Positions 1-7,905 of a stretch of 18,217 nt of DNA are shown piece by piece. Within the stretch, counting starts at the first letter, position 1. Each line of letters starts with the position of its first letter. Where the stretch lies: positions 1 to 18,217 of the forward strand of contig JBGSIV010000202.1 in assembly GCA_041742355.1 (NCBI GenBank), in the 5' to 3' direction. This DNA is from Candidatus Zixiibacteriota bacterium. Lineage in GTDB: Bacteria; Zixibacteria; MSB-5A5; GN15; FEB-12. The translations under genes and the position numbers were made by a program. Under the pieces are notes generated by a model. It saw only the letters and a program-made list of their open reading frames with translations. It was not told the origin of the DNA and searched no databases.

Positions 1-272
1 TGCTTCACCCGGAGGTTGCCCACGAGGATGTCGACCAATCCGCCGGCGCGAAGCACGCCGCCCACCATCGGCACCAGCCCCATCGCCACCGCCAGCATGA
101 GAATCGATGGGTCGGTAACGGTCGCGATCGCGCGCTCAACGAGAATGGGAAACGGCAGGGTGATCAATCCAAGGACGAGCGCGCCGCTCAAGAGCGCCGC
201 GGGCATGTTGCGGCCGGCGACGAAGAGAATCACCGCCAGCGACACCGCAAAGCCGAGCCACGTGATCCACAT
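1..272 (-). CDS. DUF401-like multi-pass membrane protein (5' part only; runs off the left edge)
   Basis: Not in the ORF track; read by hand. ATG at 272, open to the edge: MWITWLGFAVSLAVILFVAGRNMPAALLSGALVLGLITLPFPILVERAIATVTDPSILMLAVAMGLVPMVGGVLRAGGLVDILVGNLRVK. Three hydrophobic segments, starting 23 nt after the stop of the co-oriented flavin reductase. The DUF401 assignment is from remembered family pattern. Confidence 0.75.
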   Translation of the reverse strand, partial: MWITWLGFAVSLAVILFVAGRNMPAALLSGALVLGLITLPFPILVERAIATVTDPSILMLAVAMGLVPMVGGVLRAGGLVDILVGNLRVK

Positions 273-295
273 CTGCTACTGCCTGTTCCTGTCGA

Positions 296-805
296 TCATC
301 GCATCAGGCATGTCAGGATCTGACCGATGTACATGCGGTGGTAGTCCTTTTTCGGGTATTCCCGTTCGATTGACGGGTCGAGGAACAGCCGCGGGTCGAG
401 ATCGTGAGTATAAATCTTGTGACATTCGAGCACCAGCCGTGCTTCGGCGAAATACACCGCGCCGCGCTCCGTCTCAACCGGCGTCAGGCCGATTCCCGAC
501 ATCTTGTCGAAATCCCGGCCCGATTTCGATCCGCACAGGTTGAGCACGTCGCGGTGGCGCTCGTCGAAAAAGCTCAAGGTAAACAGCCCGTTGGCTTCGG
601 TGAACCTGAAGGTGTGCCGGGTCGGGCGAATGAAGCACACGGCGATTTTGCGGTGCCACAGCTCGCCGAGACACCCCCAGGAGGCGGTCATGGTATTGAA
701 CGCGCCCGGGACACCGGCGGTGATCAACATCCAGTCGTCGGCAATCAGTTTAAACGGATTGTCGCATACATCGTAGAGAGAAACCGGTCGGAGTACATCA
801 GCCAT
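296..805 (-). CDS. Flavin reductase family protein (flavoredoxin-like, FMN-binding split barrel)
   Basis: Family motifs NPFKLIADDWMLITAG, FNTMTASWG, FIRPTRHT, CGSKSGRDFDK, LVLEC and YHRMYIGQI; 169 aa. Confidence 0.92.
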   Translation of the reverse strand: MADVLRPVSLYDVCDNPFKLIADDWMLITAGVPGAFNTMTASWGCLGELWHRKIAVCFIRPTRHTFRFTEANGLFTLSFFDERHRDVLNLCGSKSGRDFDKMSGIGLTPVETERGAVYFAEARLVLECHKIYTHDLDPRLFLDPSIEREYPKKDYHRMYIGQILTCLMR

Positions 806-1126
806 GACTTTCCCGAACCTTACCAGAGGTGTGACAGTCCTTCGGACGTTGCATCGGCACGGCAGAGAAAGTATACATCTTCACACCGCAGTTCAAGCGG
901 TTTCTGCACTCATGAAGCGACTTGTGCCGGTCGCGGATCATCCCACCGTAATGCACGACAAGGAGATTCCGGTACAGATGTTTGCCCGGCCGGGCCGGTA
1001 GACCGATAGCCCAAGCACAGCCGGACTGCCGCGCCACGGATGGCGGCGGGCAGATGAATTTCAACATTGGTTCGCCCCCGATTTCACCTGGGGTTGGTTT
1101 GCTACATCTTTGTTGGAGGACGACCC

Positions 1127-2794
1127 GTGAAAGCCCTTCGCACCCTTGTTTTCATCATCGCGACCGCCGCCGCAGCCGCCGGAGCGCTGGCTGCCCCCGG
1201 CGAGGTTCTGCTTAACATACCCAGCCCCGAATCCAATCCTCTCGGGATGACATATGATGGCAGCAGCCTCTGGGTTATCGACCGCCTCACCGATCGGATT
1301 TACCGTGTGAATCCGGTGGACGGCGCCGTTACCGATTCCCTCCCCACCCCCCGTTTCGATCCTACCGGCCTGGCCTGGGATGGCCGGCTGCTGTGGTGCG
1401 TCGACGGAGACGAGCGGGCGACGTATGCGATCAATCCGGCCACCAAAAAGCTCGAGCGGAGTATTGCCCTGGATATGGCCCGCCCCTCGGGCGTGGCGTG
1501 GGACGGCAAAAGCCTTTGGGTGGCCGATGAAGGCCGCCGCAAGCTTCACCAGGTGGATGTCAAGAAGGGCACTATCGCCCGATCGATCCCGGCCCCCTCG
1601 CAGACCATGTGTGGGATGACGTTCGACGGCAAGTACCTGTGGGTGGCTGATCGACACCGGGATCAGATCTACATGGTGTCCCCCGATCGCGGCGATGTCG
1701 TGATCACCCTGCGGTCACCCGGCCCGCACCCATGGGGACTCGCGTGGGACGGAAATAGCCTGTGGAATGTCGATTATCAGACCGATCGCATCTACAAACT
1801 GGTGGTTGATGACGGCACACTTTTCTCCCGCTACGACGGCAAGGCCGAGCAGGTCGAACTGGTCCACCAGGTGCGCAACTTCGGTCCCGAGAAATTGTCC
1901 TCGCTCCAGGTGACGATGGCCATCCCGGAAAATCGCGACACGCAGGAGCTGCTGGATACCGTTTCGTTCGGCCTTGCGCCAGCCCGTATCGCTAAAGACC
2001 GTTGGGGACAGCAAGTTGCAATCTGGCAGTTCAAGGACGTTCCGGCTGAGTCGTTCACCGATATCCGGATGAGCGTCCCGGCACGCATTTTCAGCACCCG
2101 CTACTTCGTCTACCCGGAGAAAGTCGGCACGTTGAGCCAGATCCCGCGGGACATTCGCATCAACTACCTGGCCGATGAATCCTGGTATGCCACATCCGAT
2201 CCGGTCATCCTGAACGCCCTGAAGCAGGTGGTCGGAAACGAGAAGAATCCGTACTGGATGGCCCGAAAGATTTACAACTACGTGATTGACCGCCTCACTT
2301 ATGAACTGGCCGGCGGCTGGAGCAAAGCGCCTGAGGTTCTCAAGCGCGGCACCGGATCCTGCTCCGAGTACAGCTTCGTGTTCGTGTCGATGTGCCGCGC
2401 GGCCGGTATCCCCGCCCGCCTGGCCGGTTCAGTCGTCATACGTGACGATGACGCCAGCTACGATAATGTCTTCCACCGCTGGGCCGAGATCTACCTGCCC
2501 AACTACGGCTGGATTCCGGTCGACCCGTCCGGCGGGGATTCCCCCCGCCCTTCCGACCGTGCCGACAATTTCGGCTACCTCGACAACCGGTACCTGATCA
2601 CGACGGTCGGCGGCGGCGCCTCTGATCTGCTGGCCTGGTCGTACAACGCCGGGGAGCGGTGGACGGCAAAGGGTACGCCCCAAGTGGCGGTGGAAAGCTT
2701 TGCGGAGTGGTCGCCCCTGTCGATCGAGACCCTGGCCTCGGATGTCGAGACCCCGGTCGGAGCAACCGCACAACCAGTCAATACCGCCCAGTAG
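1127..2794 (+). CDS. Secreted transglutaminase-like protein with an N-terminal five-repeat beta-propeller
   Basis: GTG at 1127 after GGAGGA, then a signal peptide (MKALRTLVFIIATAAAAAGALA). Five 41-aa G(L/M/V)x(W/Y/F)DGxxLW repeats. Transglutaminase Cys-His-Asp core: GSCSEYS...AAGIPAR...FHRWAEIYLPNYGWIPVDPS. 555 aa. Confidence 0.88.
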   Translation: MKALRTLVFIIATAAAAAGALAAPGEVLLNIPSPESNPLGMTYDGSSLWVIDRLTDRIYRVNPVDGAVTDSLPTPRFDPTGLAWDGRLLWCVDGDERATYAINPATKKLERSIALDMARPSGVAWDGKSLWVADEGRRKLHQVDVKKGTIARSIPAPSQTMCGMTFDGKYLWVADRHRDQIYMVSPDRGDVVITLRSPGPHPWGLAWDGNSLWNVDYQTDRIYKLVVDDGTLFSRYDGKAEQVELVHQVRNFGPEKLSSLQVTMAIPENRDTQELLDTVSFGLAPARIAKDRWGQQVAIWQFKDVPAESFTDIRMSVPARIFSTRYFVYPEKVGTLSQIPRDIRINYLADESWYATSDPVILNALKQVVGNEKNPYWMARKIYNYVIDRLTYELAGGWSKAPEVLKRGTGSCSEYSFVFVSMCRAAGIPARLAGSVVIRDDDASYDNVFHRWAEIYLPNYGWIPVDPSGGDSPRPSDRADNFGYLDNRYLITTVGGGASDLLAWSYNAGERWTAKGTPQVAVESFAEWSPLSIETLASDVETPVGATAQPVNTAQ

Positions 2795-2821
2795 TCTGCT
2801 AGCAACAACACTTTCCCGCAG

Positions 2822-2862
2822 AGCCCGGCTGTACTCAGTGCAGCCGGGCTTCTTCGTATTTT
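2822..2862. terminator. Intrinsic terminator hairpin between convergent genes
   Basis: AGCCCGGCTG(2822-2831)...CAGCCGGGCT(2841-2850) perfect 10-bp stem followed by TCTTCGTATTTT. Lies between the convergent stops at 2794 and 2867. Confidence 0.7.
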
Positions 2863-2866
2863 GCCG

Positions 2867-3214
2867 TCAGGGAGTTAGGACTCGGCCGTACGTGAGCATC
2901 GCCTGCACGGTGTCTCTCATATTGCCCACCGTCCCCACTATGAGCTTCTCCCTGCGGCCGTAGTAGTCGAGGCAGGTTCCACAGGAACTCACCTCCGTAC
3001 CGTTCTCCGCGAAGCGATCCAGCTGTTCTTTGGCCGGACTTCCTTCGGTCGCCAGGAAGATCCCCGAGTTGAGGCAGAGTATCCGGGCCGGGAGTCGCCC
3101 GGATTCGAGGAGCATACACAGGAACGAGCCCATGAGGGCCTCTCCCAGGTCCGGCTCACCGTCGCCGATGCCATTTGATTTGAGAATCAGCAGCAGGTCC
3201 TTGTCAACGGTCAT
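2867..3214 (-). CDS. DsrE-family sulfurtransferase-like protein (YedF C-terminal domain-like, stand-alone)
   Basis: ATG at 3214 after GGAAAGGA; 115 aa. Motifs GIGDGEPDLGEALMGSFL, LNSGIFLATEGSP, SCGTCLDYYG and VGTVGNMRDTV match the DsrE domain of selenium-metabolism YedF proteins. Confidence 0.85.
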   Translation of the reverse strand: MTVDKDLLLILKSNGIGDGEPDLGEALMGSFLCMLLESGRLPARILCLNSGIFLATEGSPAKEQLDRFAENGTEVSSCGTCLDYYGRREKLIVGTVGNMRDTVQAMLTYGRVLTP

Positions 3215-3323
3215 GCTTGTCCTTTCCCTGGCGCCGGCTTCCGGTTCCGGTGCTTCCGGTGTCAGTTGTCGCGATATCCCGAGAGCCTTCGCCTGTTCCG
3301 ACCGGATAGATCCGGTTTTTTGG

Positions 3324-3351
3324 TAGACAAACAGTACTATTTCGCTATATT
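3324..3351 (+). promoter_or_regulatory. Putative sigma70-type promoter for the C1 protease gene
   Basis: TAGACA(3324-3329)-N16-TATATT(3346-3351) in an AT-rich patch about 120 nt upstream of the ATG at 3469. Confidence 0.4.
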
Positions 3352-3468
3352 GAAAGCAATAGAATAGGGCCTGACGGCTGTCAGAAGCGTTCCGCGCGAA
3401 GGCACGAATGCCGAGTGCCGCTGCTATCGCCGGCGGTCTGACGGACCATTGTGAAAGGACGATGCGCA

Positions 3469-5292
3469 ATGTCTCAGGTTTCACGCTCCCCCATCCTGTG
3501 GAAGACTTCCTGCCTTTTCAGTGTTGCACTCTCCCTCATGCTCTCCATCGCGCTGCCTGCCGCCGCCCAGTTGACCGAGAAGGACATAGCGGTGATGCAA
3601 CAGCGGATTGCCGAGGAGGGCCTTGGCTTTGAGGTCGGCCTGAACGACGCGACGCAGTATCCCCTCGAGCAGCTTTGTGGTTTGAAGGAGCCCCCGAATT
3701 GGCGCGACTCCGCCCGCTTTGTCGAATTCAGCGCCAAGGGACCTATCCCGCCGAGCTTCGACTGGCGCACGCGGACAGCCGGAGGCATGCCGCCGATCCG
3801 CAACCAGGGCGGCTGCGGCAGCTGCTGGGCTTTCGCCGCGATGGGAGCCCTGGAATGCGCAATCAAGATTCAGGATGGCCATGACGTCGACCTGTCCGAG
3901 CAGTGGCTGGTCAGTTGCAATCGTCACGGCTGGGGATGCGACGGCGGCTGGTGGGCTCACGACTACCTCTGCTATATCGGCGACCAGTGCGACAGCATCG
4001 GTGCCGTCCTCGAGCAGGATTATCCGTACACCGCTACCGACGCCCCCTGTTCCTGCTCCGATCCGCACCCATACAGGATCGAGACCTGGGGATACATCGG
4101 AGCGGCTCAGGGCGTGCCGATTGTTCCGGCTATCAAGCTGGCGATCATGCAGCACGGTCCCGTTACCGTGTCGGTCGCGGTGGACAACTACTTCCAGGCC
4201 TACCGCGGCGGTGTTTTCACTATCTGCACGGCGGCAGAAATCAACCACGCGGTGGTGATCGTGGGCTGGGACGATAACCTCGGCGCCTCGGGCGCCTGGA
4301 TTATGCGCAACTCCTGGGGGCCGAATTGGGGCGATAGCGGTTACATGTACATCGCCTACGGCTGCGATATGATCGGCTATGCCGCCAGTTTCATGGAATA
4401 TGACGGCGGGGTTGCCCTGTCCGCCGACGTGCAGTCGGGCTGGGCCCCGCTGGATGTGAACTTCGACGCCCAGTCCGGACTTAATCTGATCAACTGGTCG
4501 TGGAATTTCGGCGACGGCGCCACGGCCTCGGGCCAGGCTGCCACCCACACGTACACGCAGGCCGGCACCTACACGGTTGTCGCTTCCGGCATCGATTCGC
4601 TCGGGCAGGTTCGCTCACGTGAGAAGATCAACTACATCAGCGCCCTGGCCGACACCGTTCGAACGGTGCACACTGGCGCGGTTTGCGGCACCCGCCTTGA
4701 AGTCCCTGTCAGTGTTCGCAACAGCGCGCCGGTGCGCTACATGCGGCTGCCAATCGACTACAACGGGCCGGTGGACCTGCTGCTTGACTCGTTCTCGACC
4801 GCCGGCTGCCGCACCGATTATTTCCAGAAGGTTAGCGCTGTCCACGCCGACCTGATCGGCAAACGGCTCACCCTGCAGCTCATATCGTCGGAGTTGCAGA
4901 CCGCGCCGTACCTTGAACCGGGCGAGGGTCCGGTTGTGAGGCTGTTTTTCACCGTTCCCGATCAGGATCACCACGGCGAGGTGACCACAATTGACGTCGA
5001 CGGTTATTTGTCGTACACACCCCTGCTGAGTTGGCCGCTCCTGGAGTGGACGCCAAAGACTCTCAACGGCAGCGTCACGCTGGCAATCAACCGGGGTGAT
5101 TGCGACGGATCCAGCGGAATCACCGTCTCCGATCTGACCTTCCTCGTCAACTATCTCTTCCGCGGAGGCGCATCCCCGGTTCCGGCTCTGTCAGCCGACA
5201 GCGACTGCAGCATGTCAGTCAACATTAATGACGTGACCTACCTGGTGAACTACATGTTCAAAGGCGGTCCGGATCCGGCCTCCTGTTTCTGA
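3469..5292 (+). CDS. Secreted papain-family (C1A) cysteine peptidase with PKD, cohesin-like and C-terminal dockerin domains
   Basis: ATG at 3469 after GAAAGGA, then a signal peptide ending PAAA. Catalytic motifs NQGGCGSCWAF, INHAVVIVGW and MRNSWG. PKD motif WSWNFGDG...HTYTQAGTYTV. Duplicated dockerin GDCDGSSGITVSDLTFLVNYLFRGG / ADSDCSMSVNINDVTYLVNYMFKGG. 607 aa. Confidence 0.93.
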   Translation: MSQVSRSPILWKTSCLFSVALSLMLSIALPAAAQLTEKDIAVMQQRIAEEGLGFEVGLNDATQYPLEQLCGLKEPPNWRDSARFVEFSAKGPIPPSFDWRTRTAGGMPPIRNQGGCGSCWAFAAMGALECAIKIQDGHDVDLSEQWLVSCNRHGWGCDGGWWAHDYLCYIGDQCDSIGAVLEQDYPYTATDAPCSCSDPHPYRIETWGYIGAAQGVPIVPAIKLAIMQHGPVTVSVAVDNYFQAYRGGVFTICTAAEINHAVVIVGWDDNLGASGAWIMRNSWGPNWGDSGYMYIAYGCDMIGYAASFMEYDGGVALSADVQSGWAPLDVNFDAQSGLNLINWSWNFGDGATASGQAATHTYTQAGTYTVVASGIDSLGQVRSREKINYISALADTVRTVHTGAVCGTRLEVPVSVRNSAPVRYMRLPIDYNGPVDLLLDSFSTAGCRTDYFQKVSAVHADLIGKRLTLQLISSELQTAPYLEPGEGPVVRLFFTVPDQDHHGEVTTIDVDGYLSYTPLLSWPLLEWTPKTLNGSVTLAINRGDCDGSSGITVSDLTFLVNYLFRGGASPVPALSADSDCSMSVNINDVTYLVNYMFKGGPDPASCF

Positions 5293-5317
5293 TTCTGATT
5301 GCCCGTCAAATGAATGG

Positions 5318-5349
5318 AAAGCGGAGTGCTTCGGCGCTCCGTTTTTTTT
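5318..5349 (+). terminator. Rho-independent terminator (probably bidirectional)
   Basis: AAA-GCGGAGTGC-TTCG-GCGCTCCGT-TTTTTTT: GC stem with a UUCG loop and a T run, between convergent genes. Confidence 0.88.
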
Positions 5350-5353
5350 GTGA

Positions 5354-6454
5354 TCAGTCCGGCAGGAAGAACCGGGCTGCGTACGGCTTCATCAACTCCG
5401 GGAGATCGAGCCGCTCGATCTCCCCGCGTGAGGATACCGAGGTCCTGATTTCCTCTGCGCGACCCTCGCGGACTTTGTTCCCCCATCCCGCGTCTATCAA
5501 CAACACCCGCCCGAGGGCAACAAGGTCGACCCCGTCCTCCCGAACCCGCAACGCCTGATCGGGGTGCAAGACCCCTCCCACACCAATCACCGGCACCGTG
5601 CCCGGGAGAGCGTCGCGGATCATCTTCGTGGGATGACTCCCCGGCGGGTAATCGTTGCGCACACCCGCTCCATACTCCCAGCTGGAGACATGAACGATGT
5701 CGATACCGATCGCGATAAGCTCTTTCAGCAAGGCGATCGCTTCATCGGTGCTGTATCCATCGGGATCCGGTTCCTCCGGCGATATGCGGTAGGCCAGCGG
5801 ATAATCGTCGCCGACTTCCCGGCGGATCGCCCGGACCACCTCGGAACTGAATCTTATCCGGTTCGCCCATTCGCCGGCACTCCACCGGTCCGTCCTACGG
5901 TTCGTGTACGGCGAGAAGAACTGCTGGAAGAGGTAGGTGTTGGCGCCGTGGATTTCTACCCCGGAGAAGCCGGCTGCTCTGGCTCGGCTCGCTGCCTTCG
6001 CAAAGGCCTCAATCGCCTGAGCAATTTCAGCCTCCGACATCGGCTGCGGCATTTCCGAAGTCCCGCGGCGATTCAGCACGGCCGAGGGCGCCAAGGGGGG
6101 TTGTCCAGAGTGTTCTTGCCGAGCGGCGTTACCGCCGTGATGAATCTGGAGAAATGAAACCGAGCCGGTTGCATTGATAGCCCGGGCGCATTCCTCCAGC
6201 CGGGGCAGCATGGTGTCCGAGTCGCAGCCGACCTGCCGATCGAAAGCGTGGCCGGACTTATGGACATAGCAGGCTGGAGTGATTATAAGGCCGATCCCTC
6301 CGTGCGCCCGCCGCGCGAGGTAGGCAATCTCCTCCGGCGAGAAACGGCCATCCGGCTCGCCGGCCGTGGTTGTCATCGGGGCCATTACCAGCCGGTTCGG
6401 CAGCGTCAGTTTGCGGCCGATCTGGAGGGGCGCGAAGAGGGGCGAGTAGTCCAT
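5354..6454 (-). CDS. NADH:flavin oxidoreductase, Old Yellow Enzyme family
   Basis: Motifs LPNRLVMAPMT, QIHHGG, AGFSGVEIHGANTYLFQQFFSPYTNRRTDRW, YRISPEE and DLVALGR; 366 aa FMN TIM barrel. Confidence 0.93.
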   Translation of the reverse strand: MDYSPLFAPLQIGRKLTLPNRLVMAPMTTTAGEPDGRFSPEEIAYLARRAHGGIGLIITPACYVHKSGHAFDRQVGCDSDTMLPRLEECARAINATGSVSFLQIHHGGNAARQEHSGQPPLAPSAVLNRRGTSEMPQPMSEAEIAQAIEAFAKAASRARAAGFSGVEIHGANTYLFQQFFSPYTNRRTDRWSAGEWANRIRFSSEVVRAIRREVGDDYPLAYRISPEEPDPDGYSTDEAIALLKELIAIGIDIVHVSSWEYGAGVRNDYPPGSHPTKMIRDALPGTVPVIGVGGVLHPDQALRVREDGVDLVALGRVLLIDAGWGNKVREGRAEEIRTSVSSRGEIERLDLPELMKPYAARFFLPD

Positions 6455-6567
6455 CGTGGCCCAAGGTACTGCTTCGCTATGAGAAAGGCAACCGTCGTCC
6501 GGGAAATCGCTGAAAACTCGCGCACGGAGGAAACGGATCCCCCGGTTCGAGCGTTTGAATCAGGAGT

Positions 6568-7557
6568 ATGACACCACGGAACGCACCATCTCACGCCGGC
6601 TTCTGGGCCGCTCTCCCCCGCCCGATCTACGCCCTGGCCCCGATGGCCGATGTCACCGACGCCGCCTACCGGCGGCTGATCGCCCGGCTCGGCAAACCCC
6701 ATGTCATGTTCACCGAATTTGTCTCCGCCGACGGACTCTGCTCGGCCGGCAGGGACAACCTCCTCATCAACCTGATGTACCATCCGAGCGAGCGACCGAT
6801 TGTGGCTCAGATCTTCTCGGCGACACCCGAACATGTTGCGAAAGCCAGTATACTCCTTCGCGAACTCGGGTTTGACGGCATCGACATCAACATGGGCTGC
6901 CCTGATAAAAACGTGTGCAAGCAGGGGGCCGGCTCCTCCCTGATCCGGACGCCGGATCTGGCCAAAGAACTGATTCTGGCCGCCCGGGAAGGGGGGCACG
7001 GCCTGCCGGTCTCGGTAAAGACCAGGGTCGGCTACAACTCGGTCGCCACTGATGAGTGGGTAGGACATCTCCTGGAGGTTTCGCCTGCCGTCATCACTCT
7101 TCACTTACGCACCCGCAAAGAAATGTCCAAGGTCCCGGCACGCTGGGAACGTGTGCACGAGGCAGTAGCCCTTGCCCGCGGCAGTGGGACCTTGATTCTT
7201 GGCAACGGAGATGTCCGGGACCTGGACCACGCCGATGAACTGGCCGCAGCGACCGGAGTCGATGGTATCATGCTGGGCCGGGCGGTTCTCGGCAACCCCT
7301 GGCTCTTCGATCGGTCGCGAAAGGGGACGGGCGTTCCCTTCAGCGAACGTCTCGCTGTTGCCCGGGAACACGCCCTGCTGTTTGAGGACCTGTTCGGCGT
7401 CCGAAAGAACTTCGCCATCATGCGGAAGTACCTCCGAGCCTATTTTGCTGGCTTCCCCGGAGCCAAGGACCTTCGAATCCGTCTGGAGCACATCAGTAGT
7501 GCCGACGATGTGTGTAATCTGCTCGGCCACATAGGCTTCGAGCACGCCGTGGAGTAG
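6568..7557 (+). CDS. dus: tRNA-dihydrouridine synthase (Dus family)
   Basis: Motifs LAPMADVTD, FTEFVS, GFDGIDINMGCP (catalytic Cys), PVSVKTRVG, HLRTRKEMSK, GNGDV and DGIMLGRAVLGNPWLF; 329 aa. Exact start uncertain. Confidence 0.93.
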   Translation: MTPRNAPSHAGFWAALPRPIYALAPMADVTDAAYRRLIARLGKPHVMFTEFVSADGLCSAGRDNLLINLMYHPSERPIVAQIFSATPEHVAKASILLRELGFDGIDINMGCPDKNVCKQGAGSSLIRTPDLAKELILAAREGGHGLPVSVKTRVGYNSVATDEWVGHLLEVSPAVITLHLRTRKEMSKVPARWERVHEAVALARGSGTLILGNGDVRDLDHADELAAATGVDGIMLGRAVLGNPWLFDRSRKGTGVPFSERLAVAREHALLFEDLFGVRKNFAIMRKYLRAYFAGFPGAKDLRIRLEHISSADDVCNLLGHIGFEHAVE

Positions 7558-7861
7558 CCACCGACTCCCTTTTGATAGTTCGCCCACCCCTTTCCCCGGC
7601 CCCCCGGCTGAGATAGAACTTCCTAACGGCAGAGAGGGAGGGTGCTCCTTCTATATACGACGATAGCCACAAATTTCACAATCTTCCGCGCGACTTCTGA
7701 CGTAGGATCTTCATGCTGAGAACATCTAACTCGTTAGCGCCAATGCGGAAGGTGGTCGCTACCCCTCTTTCACAAGTTACCGGCAGATTCTGTCAAAAGA
7801 GGATAATTCGTATGGTTTTAACTTGTTTTCTGCACCCGAAAGCCGATAGATATGGTAGAAA

Positions 7862-7879
7862 ATGACAGTAACATGACAG
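7862..7879 (-). promoter_or_regulatory. Pho-box-like / OmpR-PhoB family direct-repeat operator
   Basis: The minus strand reads CTGTCAT-GTTA-CTGTCAT: two perfect heptamers with 11-bp period, 26 nt upstream of the decaheme ATG. Confidence 0.5.
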
Positions 7880-7905
7880 AAATTCGCAACAGTGCGAGGT
7901 GCACA

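Noticed and set aside
16..543. 175-aa + strand ORF
   Set aside because: Antisense shadow of the DUF401-like and flavin reductase genes; no recognisable motif.
815..840. GAACCTTACCAG...TGACA, resembling a conserved 16S rRNA segment
   Set aside because: Only about 12 nt match, with no flanking rRNA similarity; chance.
798..1067. Small ORFs in the divergent intergenic region (798-1067 minus, 804-1001 plus)
   Set aside because: No RBS, motif or codon bias evident; the region more likely holds two divergent promoters.
3215..3484. N-terminal extension making the DsrE/YedF ORF 205 aa
   Set aside because: It crosses the AT-rich promoter region and overlaps the protease start, has no TusA-like motif, and a good RBS precedes ATG 3214.
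3481..4548. 355-aa minus-strand ORF, and similar long antisense ORFs at 8104-8673, 9507-10532, 15057-15725 and 16160-16891
   Set aside because: Each lies opposite a well-supported gene; these are typical high-GC shadow frames.
5290..5298. TGA-TTC-TGA after the protease as selenocysteine readthrough
   Set aside because: The dockerin is already complete, a second stop follows at once, and the downstream hairpin is a terminator, not a SECIS.
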